Assembly: GCA_964368835.1 (NCBI GenBank)
Contig: CAYJCZ010000001.1
Span: 25,481 to 89,480, forward strand
From: an uncultured Candidatus Saccharibacteria bacterium
GTDB lineage: Bacteria; Patescibacteriota; Minisyncoccia; Phycocordibacterales; UBA6065
Direction of reading: 5' to 3'
DNA: 64,000 bases
Shown: positions 46,491-55,311 of the stretch, one piece after another
How positions within the stretch are numbered: the stretch's first letter is position 1
Layout: each line of letters opens with the position of its first letter
The notes under the pieces: generated by a model
The model's database searches: none
Told to the model about the DNA's origin: nothing
The model's input: only the letters and a program-made list of their open reading frames with translations
Made by a program: the position numbers and the translations under genes

Positions 46491-46651
46491 AGTTGTTTTT
46501 ATCCGGAGGTGAAGTAAGTATAAAGGTTCCAAAAAATTGTAGTACTTGTGAGCATTAAGTAAATGTGTTAATAATATGTGAACAAGTTGTTAATAAAGAT
46601 TTTCATTTGGCCCTGTACAGCGGAGGCAAAATGATATAGATTACTTACCCT

Positions 46652-46789
46652 ATGGCAATCGTATACAAAACAAGGAACAGAAAGCGCGCTCGAGCACACG
46701 GTTTTCTTGCCCGAAAATCATCAAGAAACGGTAGAAACGTTATGACCCGAAGGCGTCATAAGGGCCGAAAACAGATAGTTAAGGTCTAA
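46652..46789 (+). CDS. rpmH: 50S ribosomal protein L34
   Basis: Hand translation gives MAIVYKTRNRKRARAHGFLARKSSRNGRNVMTRRRHKGRKQIVKV (45 aa). This is below the ORF-track size cutoff and sits in the classic rpmH-rnpA-yidC arrangement. Confidence 0.8.
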   Translation: MAIVYKTRNRKRARAHGFLARKSSRNGRNVMTRRRHKGRKQIVKV

Positions 46790-46796
46790 AACACCC

Positions 46797-47123
46797 ATGC
46801 TCCCTAAGAAAGAAAGGCTTACAGTCACAGATTTGGAAGCCCTCTCTCGCGGAATAAGCGTCTTTTCGACGCTTATTTCATTGAGGTATATAGAAGCGGA
46901 TAAGCTAAAGTTTGCAGTGTCTGTCTCAAAGAAGATTGCTTCAAGTGCTGTTGTTCGAAACAGGATCCGTAGACGTGTTTATGCTCTCGTTGAAAGAATT
47001 CAGAAAGAAGTAAAGAAGCCTGCTTATATCATGCTCATGCCAAAGAAAGAGTTTGCAGACATGCCAATTGATACCCTAGAAGTAGAAATTAGAACACTTT
47101 TTTCCAAGGCACGTATCATTTGA
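46797..47123 (+). CDS. rnpA: ribonuclease P protein component
   Basis: MLPKKERLTVTDLEAL...RNRIRRRVYALV; basic, 108 aa, between rpmH and yidC. Confidence 0.85.
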   Translation: MLPKKERLTVTDLEALSRGISVFSTLISLRYIEADKLKFAVSVSKKIASSAVVRNRIRRRVYALVERIQKEVKKPAYIMLMPKKEFADMPIDTLEVEIRTLFSKARII

Positions 47124-47178
47124 GAGATGGTTCCAAGTACGTTACTATTCTTAAGTACACTTTTTTGACACTATAATC

Positions 47179-47919
47179 ATGCATTATCTATATACTACGT
47201 TTATTTACCAGCCTCTCTATAACGGGCTTATATTCCTCGGCGACCTGCTTCCCTTCTTTGATGCTGGAGTGCTTATTGTAATTTTTACAATCATAGTAAA
47301 ACTTATACTCTTCCCTCTTTCAAAAAAAGCAGTACGAACACAGGCGACAATGAAGCTTATTGAGCCGGAACTCAAGGTTATCAAGGAAAAGTTTAAGAAT
47401 GATAAGCAGGCACAGGCGCTTGAGACAATGAAATTGTATAAGGAAAGGCAGATTAACCCTTTTTCAAGTATTTTCCTCCTTCTCATTCAGCTCCCTATCA
47501 TCTTTGCTCTCTACAAGGTGTTCTCTTCAACAGGGTTCTCTTCTGTGAACGCAGAGCTCCTCTATTCGTTTGTAAAAATCCCTGAAAACATAAGCACAAT
47601 GTTTCTTGGGCTCATTGATGTGTCACAAAAAAGCGCAGTTCTAGCAGTGTTGGCAGCAGTTTCTCAGTATTTTCAGATCAAATTATCAACACCTAGCCTT
47701 CCTCAGAAAACAGAGAACGGATCTTTCCAGGAGGATTTTGCTCGAAACATGCATGTTCAGATGAAATATGTCTTCCCTGTTATGATTTTGTTCATTTCGT
47801 ACCATGTAGCAGCCGCACTCGCGATTTATTGGGTGACCTCTAACCTCTTTATGATCGGTCAGGAGCTCTATATACGTAAGCAAATGGCAAGAGAAGCTGC
47901 TATGGCCCCAAAGAAGTAG
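47179..47919 (+). CDS. yidC: membrane protein insertase YidC (short, Oxa1-like form)
   Basis: Multi-TM; K(L/I)xPLxxK-like segment KLILFPLSKKAVRTQATMKLIEPE; conserved rnpA-yidC synteny. Confidence 0.85.
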   Translation: MHYLYTTFIYQPLYNGLIFLGDLLPFFDAGVLIVIFTIIVKLILFPLSKKAVRTQATMKLIEPELKVIKEKFKNDKQAQALETMKLYKERQINPFSSIFLLLIQLPIIFALYKVFSSTGFSSVNAELLYSFVKIPENISTMFLGLIDVSQKSAVLAVLAAVSQYFQIKLSTPSLPQKTENGSFQEDFARNMHVQMKYVFPVMILFISYHVAAALAIYWVTSNLFMIGQELYIRKQMAREAAMAPKK

Positions 47920-47938
47920 TTTCAGGTGATGGTGATAG

Positions 47939-47968
47939 CAAAAAACCGGCCATGGCCGGTTTTTTGCT
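47939..47968. terminator. bidirectional terminator
   Basis: AAAAAACCGGCCATGGCCGGTTTTTTG. Confidence 0.75.
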
Positions 47969-47975
47969 ATCTTCC

Positions 47976-49214
47976 CTAGTCAACTAATTCGTATCTCCAC
48001 ACTATCTGGTCTTTCTTATTCTTGAAAACGAGGACTGTTTCGCTTTGGTTAAGGCTGAGGTCGATCATGTCCATACTTACACTTGATTCAAAGAATGGGT
48101 TCACTAATTCTTTTGTTTCTCCGCTTACGGTGTCGATTTTCCACAAACTGTCTGAAAACGAAACCCTGCCCTTGTACCATTCGTCAGGATAGTTGCTAAG
48201 TGGCGGAAGTATTGGTACCGCACAATAAACTACAGTTATACTCCTTTTACTCCAGGTGCACTTATCAACGAGTGTGGAGATACCCAACGATTCAACATTT
48301 CCTGTTTTTATGTTTACGAGAGAAGTTTTTATTGAATTGGATTCGTATGAAGATGTAAGGGCAAGTGTGCCATCGTTGTTAGCCAAAGCCTCAAGACCTC
48401 GGACGCTAGAGCTAATGTTGGTGTAGGAGCCGTTTGTAGGATTAACAAGGTATGAGGTTCCAAGGGCTTGATAGCTTGGTCTGCTGTAAAGAGTTATACC
48501 TGTTTGAGAAGTCCATTGTGATGACCAATCACCAAACGATGAACTCCAGACTGATGCCTTTGACGATCCGTCAAAATTTGCAGTTATTCCAGACGCACCG
48601 TTTGAGTTTTTGGTTATATAAAATATTTTCGTACCATACACAGTCATGTCGGCAATGTTGTCTGGTAGAGGTGTCGCTTCAATTGCATCTTCAGGACTTT
48701 CTAGCGGGAGTATTTTTGCACTTACGGTCTTTATAGAATCATTGCCATTTAGATAGCGAACAATAACCTGTGAACCATCGCTCGCCCAAAGCGCTTTGTA
48801 TATTTTAGGCATAGTTACATTCGAAATCTTGCTTACCTGGGCATTACTGCTATTGGTTTCAAATATATGGCCTGTAGCACGTTCAATGTATCGTATAAGT
48901 GTTGAGCTCGCTTTGTCGAAAGCTATGATTCCAGCAGCAGGTGTTGTTGATATTTGTCGCAATCGAGGAAGACCTGTTACTTCGTTTATCTCCCCTATTT
49001 CTGCAACTGTGGTTGAGCTCGTGTTTGTAGAACCAAAACCATCCTGACCATTTGAGGTTGTGTTATTCCCAAACGGAAAAAGATTATCATTAGAAGGTGC
49101 TGGGGTTTCTTCGGTTACTGTGCCAGTACCTGTTCCCATGAGGAAATACCATCCCAACCCTCCAGCAATGAGGATGAGTAGAAGTGTGACAATGAAGAAT
49201 GTTTTTTTTGACAT
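47976..49214 (-). CDS. secreted/membrane-anchored S/T/N-rich protein, hypothetical
   Basis: N-terminal TM/signal (FFIVTLLLILIAGGLGWYFL), 412 aa, beta-rich. First gene of the T4SS-like block as read on the minus strand. Confidence 0.45.
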   Translation of the reverse strand: MSKKTFFIVTLLLILIAGGLGWYFLMGTGTGTVTEETPAPSNDNLFPFGNNTTSNGQDGFGSTNTSSTTVAEIGEINEVTGLPRLRQISTTPAAGIIAFDKASSTLIRYIERATGHIFETNSSNAQVSKISNVTMPKIYKALWASDGSQVIVRYLNGNDSIKTVSAKILPLESPEDAIEATPLPDNIADMTVYGTKIFYITKNSNGASGITANFDGSSKASVWSSSFGDWSSQWTSQTGITLYSRPSYQALGTSYLVNPTNGSYTNISSSVRGLEALANNDGTLALTSSYESNSIKTSLVNIKTGNVESLGISTLVDKCTWSKRSITVVYCAVPILPPLSNYPDEWYKGRVSFSDSLWKIDTVSGETKELVNPFFESSVSMDMIDLSLNQSETVLVFKNKKDQIVWRYELVD

Positions 49215-49216
49215 AA

Positions 49217-50248
49217 TTATTTAGGTGCTTGAGGGGTGAGTTGGAACACGGGTTTTACTGGTTTTGGATAAGGCTCCTTTCCTGTTTGAACTACCGTGTT
49301 TGTCCATTCTATATAGCTATCCATGTATTGAATTTGCAAACTGTATTGCTGTTGAATATTGGCAATTTCCTCTGAATTATATACAGGAACCTGCTGAGTT
49401 TTAAGGTTAGACATGGTCACAATGTTTTGAGCCACATTGGTTTTGAAAGATTCTGATTCCCTTACCATGTCAGCAATTGATGATTTTTTTGCTGCGTTTT
49501 CGAATGCAGTGCTTTGTCCAATTATACTATTACCGATAGCCGCTAAACCATTTAAACGAATATGGTTTTTTTCTTCTGTGCTTCTAGCAATCAAAGCGTT
49601 ATCCGCATCAGATTGTAGTTGAGCCAAGTCTCCGGTAAAGTTCGGATCATTCTTTGCCGCATCTAATTCAGCTTGTTTATCTGCAGCTAACTTGTTTGCG
49701 GCCTCAAGGTTAATGCGAGTTTGTTCGCTTTGAGCTCTGACCGCCTGGAGCTGCGCACGTGCGGCATTTAATGAGGCATCCTCCGACCCGCCACCACAAG
49801 GAACCCTTTTACCACTTATCTCTTCGACACAACCAATTGGATTTCCGAGGCTTAAATCCTGATTAACGAGATCAACGTTAATGGTTTTAAGAATAAGATA
49901 TGAACCAAGAAGGAGTAGAAGGCCGAATATTGCACCTTGCCAGTGTTTTTTAGCCTCAGACTTTCCAGAGATTGCTTCTGTGGTTGCATATTGAACACCT
50001 GCCCAAATAATCATGCCTATCGCCAAGATTGCAGCGATCCCAATTGAGATACCGTAAATGTTGGTAATAATAAATGTTGGGTCAGCTGGCTTACCTGTCT
50101 CAGTTATTCCTGGGATGGTTGATAGTGCACAATACGTTCCCTCAGGACAACTTGGGACCGCTTGAGCAAGTGCCACGGAAAGAGGTAGTACAAGTGTAAT
50201 AACTGTTAGAAACACTAGGCCGGCAAAAGAAATGAATTTATTTTTCAT
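49217..50248 (-). CDS. TrbC/VirB2-like pilin-type membrane protein with long C-terminal coiled-coil extension
   Basis: Signal peptide (…SVALAQA) is followed by two hydrophobic helices separated by a short polar loop (IYGISIGIAAILAIGMIIWAGVQY ... AIFGLLLLLGSYLIL), the VirB2/TrbC topology. A roughly 200-aa coiled coil rich in Ala/Gln follows. A 1-nt overlap with the upstream gene suggests translational coupling. Confidence 0.45.
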   Translation of the reverse strand: MKNKFISFAGLVFLTVITLVLPLSVALAQAVPSCPEGTYCALSTIPGITETGKPADPTFIITNIYGISIGIAAILAIGMIIWAGVQYATTEAISGKSEAKKHWQGAIFGLLLLLGSYLILKTINVDLVNQDLSLGNPIGCVEEISGKRVPCGGGSEDASLNAARAQLQAVRAQSEQTRINLEAANKLAADKQAELDAAKNDPNFTGDLAQLQSDADNALIARSTEEKNHIRLNGLAAIGNSIIGQSTAFENAAKKSSIADMVRESESFKTNVAQNIVTMSNLKTQQVPVYNSEEIANIQQQYSLQIQYMDSYIEWTNTVVQTGKEPYPKPVKPVFQLTPQAPK

Positions 50249-51222
50249 TATTGCAGTATGGTTATTGAAGCCTGTCCTCCTTGCATGATGTTTGTTTGAT
50301 GTTGAGCTCGGAATTCTATAACCGTTTGTCCTGATACGTTGGCATCACCTCGGAGTACAATTTCTCTTTTATCCTTGAAGCTCGATACGTTTGCACCATT
50401 CATGAGCCAGTCAATGCTAAGGCCATTACCTTTATTTAAAGAGAGGTCAAAAGGAGTTGCGCTGAGAGTGAGTTCTTCTGCCTTCAAGTAAAATCTGTTT
50501 GAAAGAGCGTTCTCATAAATAATTCCGTAGAGGGGGCTATTCTCATAGAAAACGATCTCAGGTGTTATTGGGACAATAGAAATTGTATCTCCTGAACTCA
50601 TGTCATCCGCCTGTGTCGAAACAAGGACAGATATTTCATCCTCCCCTCTTACATAGCTCTCTTGCCTTCCTTTATAAACATCTTTTCCGTAGCCAGATTG
50701 ATCTGGATCGATTGTTCCATTTTTCTTCCATGTATAAACAAGTGTTTTTGGATTTATGCGTGTTCCTGTGGTTGTGAAGAATTCAGGTAATGCGGTTACG
50801 GTAAATGTTGACCCGTAAGTTGAGAGGGCCTTCCCTTTGTAGAAAGGTGGTGTGTAGCCATCTGACTCCCAAAGCAAAGAAACATTCGTTGTTCTGATTG
50901 TAGTGCTTTTTGAAAAATACTTTTTGTTCGTACCAGTTACTTCGACAGATACTTTTGTAGATGAACCAGCCTTTCCCATGGTGGTGGTAATTGAAGTTAC
51001 ACCCTTACCTTTCTGAAAAACCTTACCGTTCACATACCATGTGAATGTGGCAACATCAATATCTGTATCAGCGCTCGCTGCTTTTACGGTTACTTCTCCG
51101 TTTGGCCGAGGAAATTGCGGACTTACCTGTAGTGTAAGTTCATTTGTTTGTGCATGAGCCGTCAAAAAAACGAAGCTCGAGAGGAATAGAGTAAAAAAAG
51201 TGCTTTTTATCAAGCGAAACAT
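50248..51222 (-). CDS. secreted beta-rich (Ig-like) protein, hypothetical
   Basis: Signal peptide (…FLTAHAQ); 324 aa. Confidence 0.4.
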   Translation of the reverse strand: MFRLIKSTFFTLFLSSFVFLTAHAQTNELTLQVSPQFPRPNGEVTVKAASADTDIDVATFTWYVNGKVFQKGKGVTSITTTMGKAGSSTKVSVEVTGTNKKYFSKSTTIRTTNVSLLWESDGYTPPFYKGKALSTYGSTFTVTALPEFFTTTGTRINPKTLVYTWKKNGTIDPDQSGYGKDVYKGRQESYVRGEDEISVLVSTQADDMSSGDTISIVPITPEIVFYENSPLYGIIYENALSNRFYLKAEELTLSATPFDLSLNKGNGLSIDWLMNGANVSSFKDKREIVLRGDANVSGQTVIEFRAQHQTNIMQGGQASITILQ

Positions 51223-51309
51223 ACGGTCATTCTATCACGAAACTACCTGTGGATAACAAACCACCTGTTAATAAATGAAAAATCACCCCGTAAGGTGATT
51301 TTTCTTGTT

Positions 51310-53115
51310 TTATAACTGTGCGTTCTTCTTTGCTTCTTTGATTGCGAGTATCTGTGATGGATCTGAGGTAATTATTTGGTCTTCGGTATAAGAAGCAATG
51401 ATTTTTATGGCCACATGCTTTAGTCCGACGAAGAATATGCCCTCCCCTACGTCTGATTCGAGCAATAAGTACTTTTCCTCATCTGTGAGGTTAAAGACTT
51501 GCTGGAGTCTGTCTATAGACGATGGAGACTGTTTTAGAAGGATCTGGATAGAAGAGTTGGTAATGATTGGTGTTCCATAAGGAGATTTAAGGAAGTCGTC
51601 CACGTCCTGGGTGATTGTTGCCACTCCTAGGAAGTATTTTCGTCCTCTTTTTGCCAAACCAAGCAAGAATGAGGCCGTATCTTCAGATTTCATCATCCAC
51701 CACGCCTCGTCGATCACAAGAAGGCGCTTTTTGAGGTTTTTTCGAATCGCATTCCAGATGTAGTGGGTAACGATATACATTGCAACAGGTTTAAGCTCCT
51801 CTTCCATGTCTCGAAGTGAGAATACGATGAATTTGGCACCGATATCGACGTTTGTTGGCTGATTTATAAAGCCAGACCAAGTACCTTTGGTGTATTTGGT
51901 GAGTCTTTGAACAAGCGACTCCCCTCCTTCCATACCAGCAAGCACTAATTCGAAGTCAGAAAGGAGTGGTGGCTGGATAGATTTGAAGTCAGAATCAGGA
52001 GTGATGTCTTTGAGGGCGTATGTTTCGGTAATCGCCTTGTCGATAAGTGCGTCCTCCTCAGGTGTAAGACCACCCATCATGATTCGGAAGAGGCCAACAA
52101 GGTTAATGATGTTTGAACGAAGCACATCTGCGCCAGATTCGTCTTCTCGAGGAACAGGAAGATCAAAAGGATTGATATGGTGCTCTGAGTTAAGTGAAAT
52201 GTTGAAATATTTTCCACCCGTAGCTTCTGCAAGGAATTCATATTCCCTTTCAGGGTCAATCACAATAACATCCGTATCAAACATGAGGGTTCGAAGGATT
52301 TCAAGCTTTGTTGTGTATGACTTTCCTGCACCAGATTTTGCAAAGGTGATTGAGTTATAGTTTTCAAGAGAAAATCGGTCGAAAAGCACAAGTGATGAGT
52401 TGTGGCGGTTGATTCCGTAAAGAATTCCCTTGTCAGACGTAAGGTCAAAGGAAATAAACGGGAAAAGTGAAGAAAGTGGCGATGAGTTGAGCTTTGAATG
52501 CACAAGAAGTTCATCTGTTGCTGTAGGAAGGTTTGATTTATAGCCTTGTTCTTGCTGGAAAAGTGCTGGTTTTACGTATACAAGCTTTGATTCAAGGATT
52601 GATTTGATTTCAGACTCTGTTTTATCAAGCTCTGCTTCAGAATCACCATAAATAGAGATATATACACCCACATCAAAAAGTTTTTCAGTAGCTTGCTGGA
52701 GCTGGTCTCGGAGATTTTCAAGATCCTGGTATGCAGTATCAAGCATTGGGTCTCGTACAAGCCCCTTCTGTTCCCTGATTGCAATCTGGCTTTGTACTTC
52801 AGCCACCTTCTTTTGGAATTGTCGTAGCACCTTTGCTGTTTCAACAGGATGAATGAATATTGAAATGTTGAAGACTTTGTCGAGATTGATGATTGGAGCA
52901 AACCAGCTTTCTCCGAGGAAGCGTGGGTATGAAATTACAAAGAAGCTACGGACAATTTTATCTCCAAGGTTGAGTTCTCGAGGAGAAACCTTAAGTGCAG
53001 AGGGTGCAATAACATCCTTGAGCTCCAAAACACCAGCCTCATAGATTTCCTGAGGCATTATTGGAGCAATTCGCGCTCCCTCGTCTTTCTTTTTTAAAAA
53101 ATCAAAGATTCCCAT
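51310..53115 (-). CDS. VirB4/TrbE/CagE-family type IV secretion ATPase, C-terminal ATPase portion
   Basis: Walker A FAKSGAGKSYTT and Walker B LLVIDEAWWMM (DEAW), the VirB4 arrangement. Start chosen at MGIFDFL, 4 nt after the stop of the upstream N-domain ORF. Confidence 0.8.
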   Translation of the reverse strand: MGIFDFLKKKDEGARIAPIMPQEIYEAGVLELKDVIAPSALKVSPRELNLGDKIVRSFFVISYPRFLGESWFAPIINLDKVFNISIFIHPVETAKVLRQFQKKVAEVQSQIAIREQKGLVRDPMLDTAYQDLENLRDQLQQATEKLFDVGVYISIYGDSEAELDKTESEIKSILESKLVYVKPALFQQEQGYKSNLPTATDELLVHSKLNSSPLSSLFPFISFDLTSDKGILYGINRHNSSLVLFDRFSLENYNSITFAKSGAGKSYTTKLEILRTLMFDTDVIVIDPEREYEFLAEATGGKYFNISLNSEHHINPFDLPVPREDESGADVLRSNIINLVGLFRIMMGGLTPEEDALIDKAITETYALKDITPDSDFKSIQPPLLSDFELVLAGMEGGESLVQRLTKYTKGTWSGFINQPTNVDIGAKFIVFSLRDMEEELKPVAMYIVTHYIWNAIRKNLKKRLLVIDEAWWMMKSEDTASFLLGLAKRGRKYFLGVATITQDVDDFLKSPYGTPIITNSSIQILLKQSPSSIDRLQQVFNLTDEEKYLLLESDVGEGIFFVGLKHVAIKIIASYTEDQIITSDPSQILAIKEAKKNAQL

Positions 53116-53119
53116 ATGT

Positions 53120-53755
53120 TTATTTGAGTGATATTGGCTTTTCGGTGTCTCCAGGATTGAAAATTTTGTAGAAAAGCTCGACGATCTCCTCGGTACCGAG
53201 CTCAACGGTTCGAATTCCACAACGTACAAGACCCTGAGTTACCACACTCACCCTTTGCTCGAGCTGGCTTCTGCGTTCTTCAAAGTCTGCAATTTTCTTT
53301 TCCGCAGTCTGCGCTGCGTTCTTTTTTTTGCCCAACATATCTGCCACACCGCCCGAGTTTATCATTGCGGGGGTGTATGGAACCACAACAAAGAATGTTT
53401 TTGTCATGATGTTTGAGTTTTCCGTAAAGTTTTTTATGAACTGAATGTATTCTCGTGTCTGGATTTTGAGAAGATCGCTCATTTGTTCCTTAAGTCGGTT
53501 TTCTAGGAGAGCAATATACGGTCGAATATCGAGTTTTCGAGACTGAATGAAAATTTGTACTGAAAAATCGAGTGAGTTAAGGAAGTTTTGGAATTGAAGC
53601 AGGATAGATTGCTGCTCATCTGCAGATTTAAGAGCAAAGTTAAGTGACGATGCCATAACAATTCCACGCATGGAGTCATCTTTGAGGATCACTATCCCCT
53701 GTCTGATCTCTTTTATGGGAACGAACTCTTGAGTAGTTTTAGCGTTTACTGCCAT
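53120..53755 (-). CDS. VirB4-family N-terminal domain protein (split from ATPase portion)
   Basis: FVPIKEIRQGIVILKDDSMRGIVMASSLNFALKSADEQQSILLQFQNFLNSLDFSVQIF matches the conserved N-terminal domain of Gram-positive-type VirB4 homologues (PrgJ/TcpF-like). Stop is at 53120-53122. Confidence 0.6.
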   Translation of the reverse strand: MAVNAKTTQEFVPIKEIRQGIVILKDDSMRGIVMASSLNFALKSADEQQSILLQFQNFLNSLDFSVQIFIQSRKLDIRPYIALLENRLKEQMSDLLKIQTREYIQFIKNFTENSNIMTKTFFVVVPYTPAMINSGGVADMLGKKKNAAQTAEKKIADFEERRSQLEQRVSVVTQGLVRCGIRTVELGTEEIVELFYKIFNPGDTEKPISLK

Positions 53756-53791
53756 GCAAATAATTTATATGACGATTATATCGTACTTATC

Positions 53792-54232
53792 TTAGAACGT
53801 CTGCTTTCCTCCCTGATTCTGCGCCGGAGTCTGACTCTGCTTGATATCAAGTGACCATGTAAGATCCTTTAACTTGCTGTCCGAGAGCTTTGGGACGTAA
53901 AAACTTGAGGTTGGGTCGTTTTCTTGACCTGGTTTTGCAACGATTTGCTTGTCTACCTTCCTCCAGAGATACAATTTGCTCTGTGTGTAGTAATTAAAGG
54001 CAGATTCTAGGACTGATATGAAGGGTTTGTTGTTGATTTTATAGAATGCGAGCGCAAGTGAGAGGCCGAGTGTAGGCATTATAAAGAGGGCTTTGAGGAT
54101 GAGGGTGGGTATGAAGGTGAAAAAGAGAAAGGAGATACCTGCCCCACCAAGCAAATAGATAAACTGCTTGATGGTAAGCGGTCCAAATATCTTATCTTCG
54201 ACTTCTATGAATTGAGGAACTTGAAATCGCAT
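53792..54232 (-). CDS. PrgI/VirB3-like small membrane protein
   Basis: QVPQFIEVEDKIFGPLTIKQFIYLLGGAGISFLFF plus a second TM. It lies immediately upstream of VirB4 on the minus strand, as PrgI does. Confidence 0.5.
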   Translation of the reverse strand: MRFQVPQFIEVEDKIFGPLTIKQFIYLLGGAGISFLFFTFIPTLILKALFIMPTLGLSLALAFYKINNKPFISVLESAFNYYTQSKLYLWRKVDKQIVAKPGQENDPTSSFYVPKLSDSKLKDLTWSLDIKQSQTPAQNQGGKQTF

Positions 54233-54258
54233 ATCGCTATTATACCCCAGAAGGAATA

Positions 54259-54618
54259 TTATTTTTTAACAATGCTGGTAGCGCCTGAGCCTGGGATTTT
54301 AATACCAGCCTTATCTTCAGCGCGTGTAATGGCAACCATTATGAGGACTTCGAGAGTAAGTGCTGGAATTATGCTTATAACAGGTATGAACTCAACAATC
54401 GAAGCAGCTGCATATGTCACTCCTCTTTTCTTTGAAAGCACACTCACACCATGCATTGAGAAAAAAAGAGCAATAAGGCCCTGACTGATGATGACCACTA
54501 TTACATTTATTCCAGGTATAAGTGACAAGAGGTCACACACGACCGCAAAAGCAAGGAGGAGTATCGCCTCTGAATTCCCTAGTCTATTTTTTGTGGGCTT
54601 TTTCTCCTCATCATTCAT
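54259..54618 (-). CDS. small polytopic membrane protein, hypothetical
   Basis: 119 aa, 3 TM; 1-nt overlap with the upstream gene. Confidence 0.4.
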   Translation of the reverse strand: MNDEEKKPTKNRLGNSEAILLLAFAVVCDLLSLIPGINVIVVIISQGLIALFFSMHGVSVLSKKRGVTYAAASIVEFIPVISIIPALTLEVLIMVAITRAEDKAGIKIPGSGATSIVKK

Positions 54619-55298
54619 TATTTTGCGGGTTCTCTATATGGATCGCTTGATGTGCTGGGTGATTTAATTTCAGGCTTTTTTTCCTCAAGTTGTGTTCTTT
54701 GGACGGGCATAATCATTGAGCCGGATAGTTTGCTGCCAATGAAATTCTGAGCAATTTGCTGCTTTGCGTTTTCCCATGGTTTTTGCGGACCGCGCTTTAT
54801 TTCTACGTCTGGTTCTGATTTTACGGGAATCATAGGTAGTGAGGGTTTAGGGTTTTCTATTTCTCCTAATATGTCAGTTTTTCTCAAAACATCTGAAATT
54901 CGGATGTTTTCTGGGGGTGCTGATTTAACAGGATTAATGATGTTGTTGTACCTAGGTTTTGAAGCCTCGTAAGTTACGGGCTCTTCTTTACGAGGATTTA
55001 TTTTCATAAGAGATTCTCGGAGAGGGACAAAAATCTCAATATTCACCTCAGTTGTAATTTCTATAGCTTCTTGGGCTGTTATTTCTAGCAGGGTTTCAAT
55101 TTCAGTAACAAAATCATCTGGATGGAGTAGTCCTAACATTACATTGCCAACAGCGGTTGTTAGATCCCCCACCTTGTCGATCAAAAGATTATGTTTTTTA
55201 CCTATAGATTGCAGTTTTGCATACGTGTCAGCAGAATCTATGGCGCTCCGTATGTCTTGCGGGAGGCTATCGTATCTTTTTTTAAGTTCTTGGTCCAT
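54618..55298 (-). CDS. hypothetical protein (226 aa)
   Basis: Clean ORF inside the T4SS-like block. Confidence 0.4.
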   Translation of the reverse strand: MDQELKKRYDSLPQDIRSAIDSADTYAKLQSIGKKHNLLIDKVGDLTTAVGNVMLGLLHPDDFVTEIETLLEITAQEAIEITTEVNIEIFVPLRESLMKINPRKEEPVTYEASKPRYNNIINPVKSAPPENIRISDVLRKTDILGEIENPKPSLPMIPVKSEPDVEIKRGPQKPWENAKQQIAQNFIGSKLSGSMIMPVQRTQLEEKKPEIKSPSTSSDPYREPAK

Positions 55299-55311
55299 AT
55301 TTGGGTTTCAA

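Noticed and set aside
53100-53130. Treating split VirB4 as a pseudogene
   Set aside because: Not called pseudogene. Both parts have intact motifs and the second has an in-frame ATG 4 nt after the first stop, compatible with two coupled polypeptides. A sequencing indel cannot be excluded without reads.
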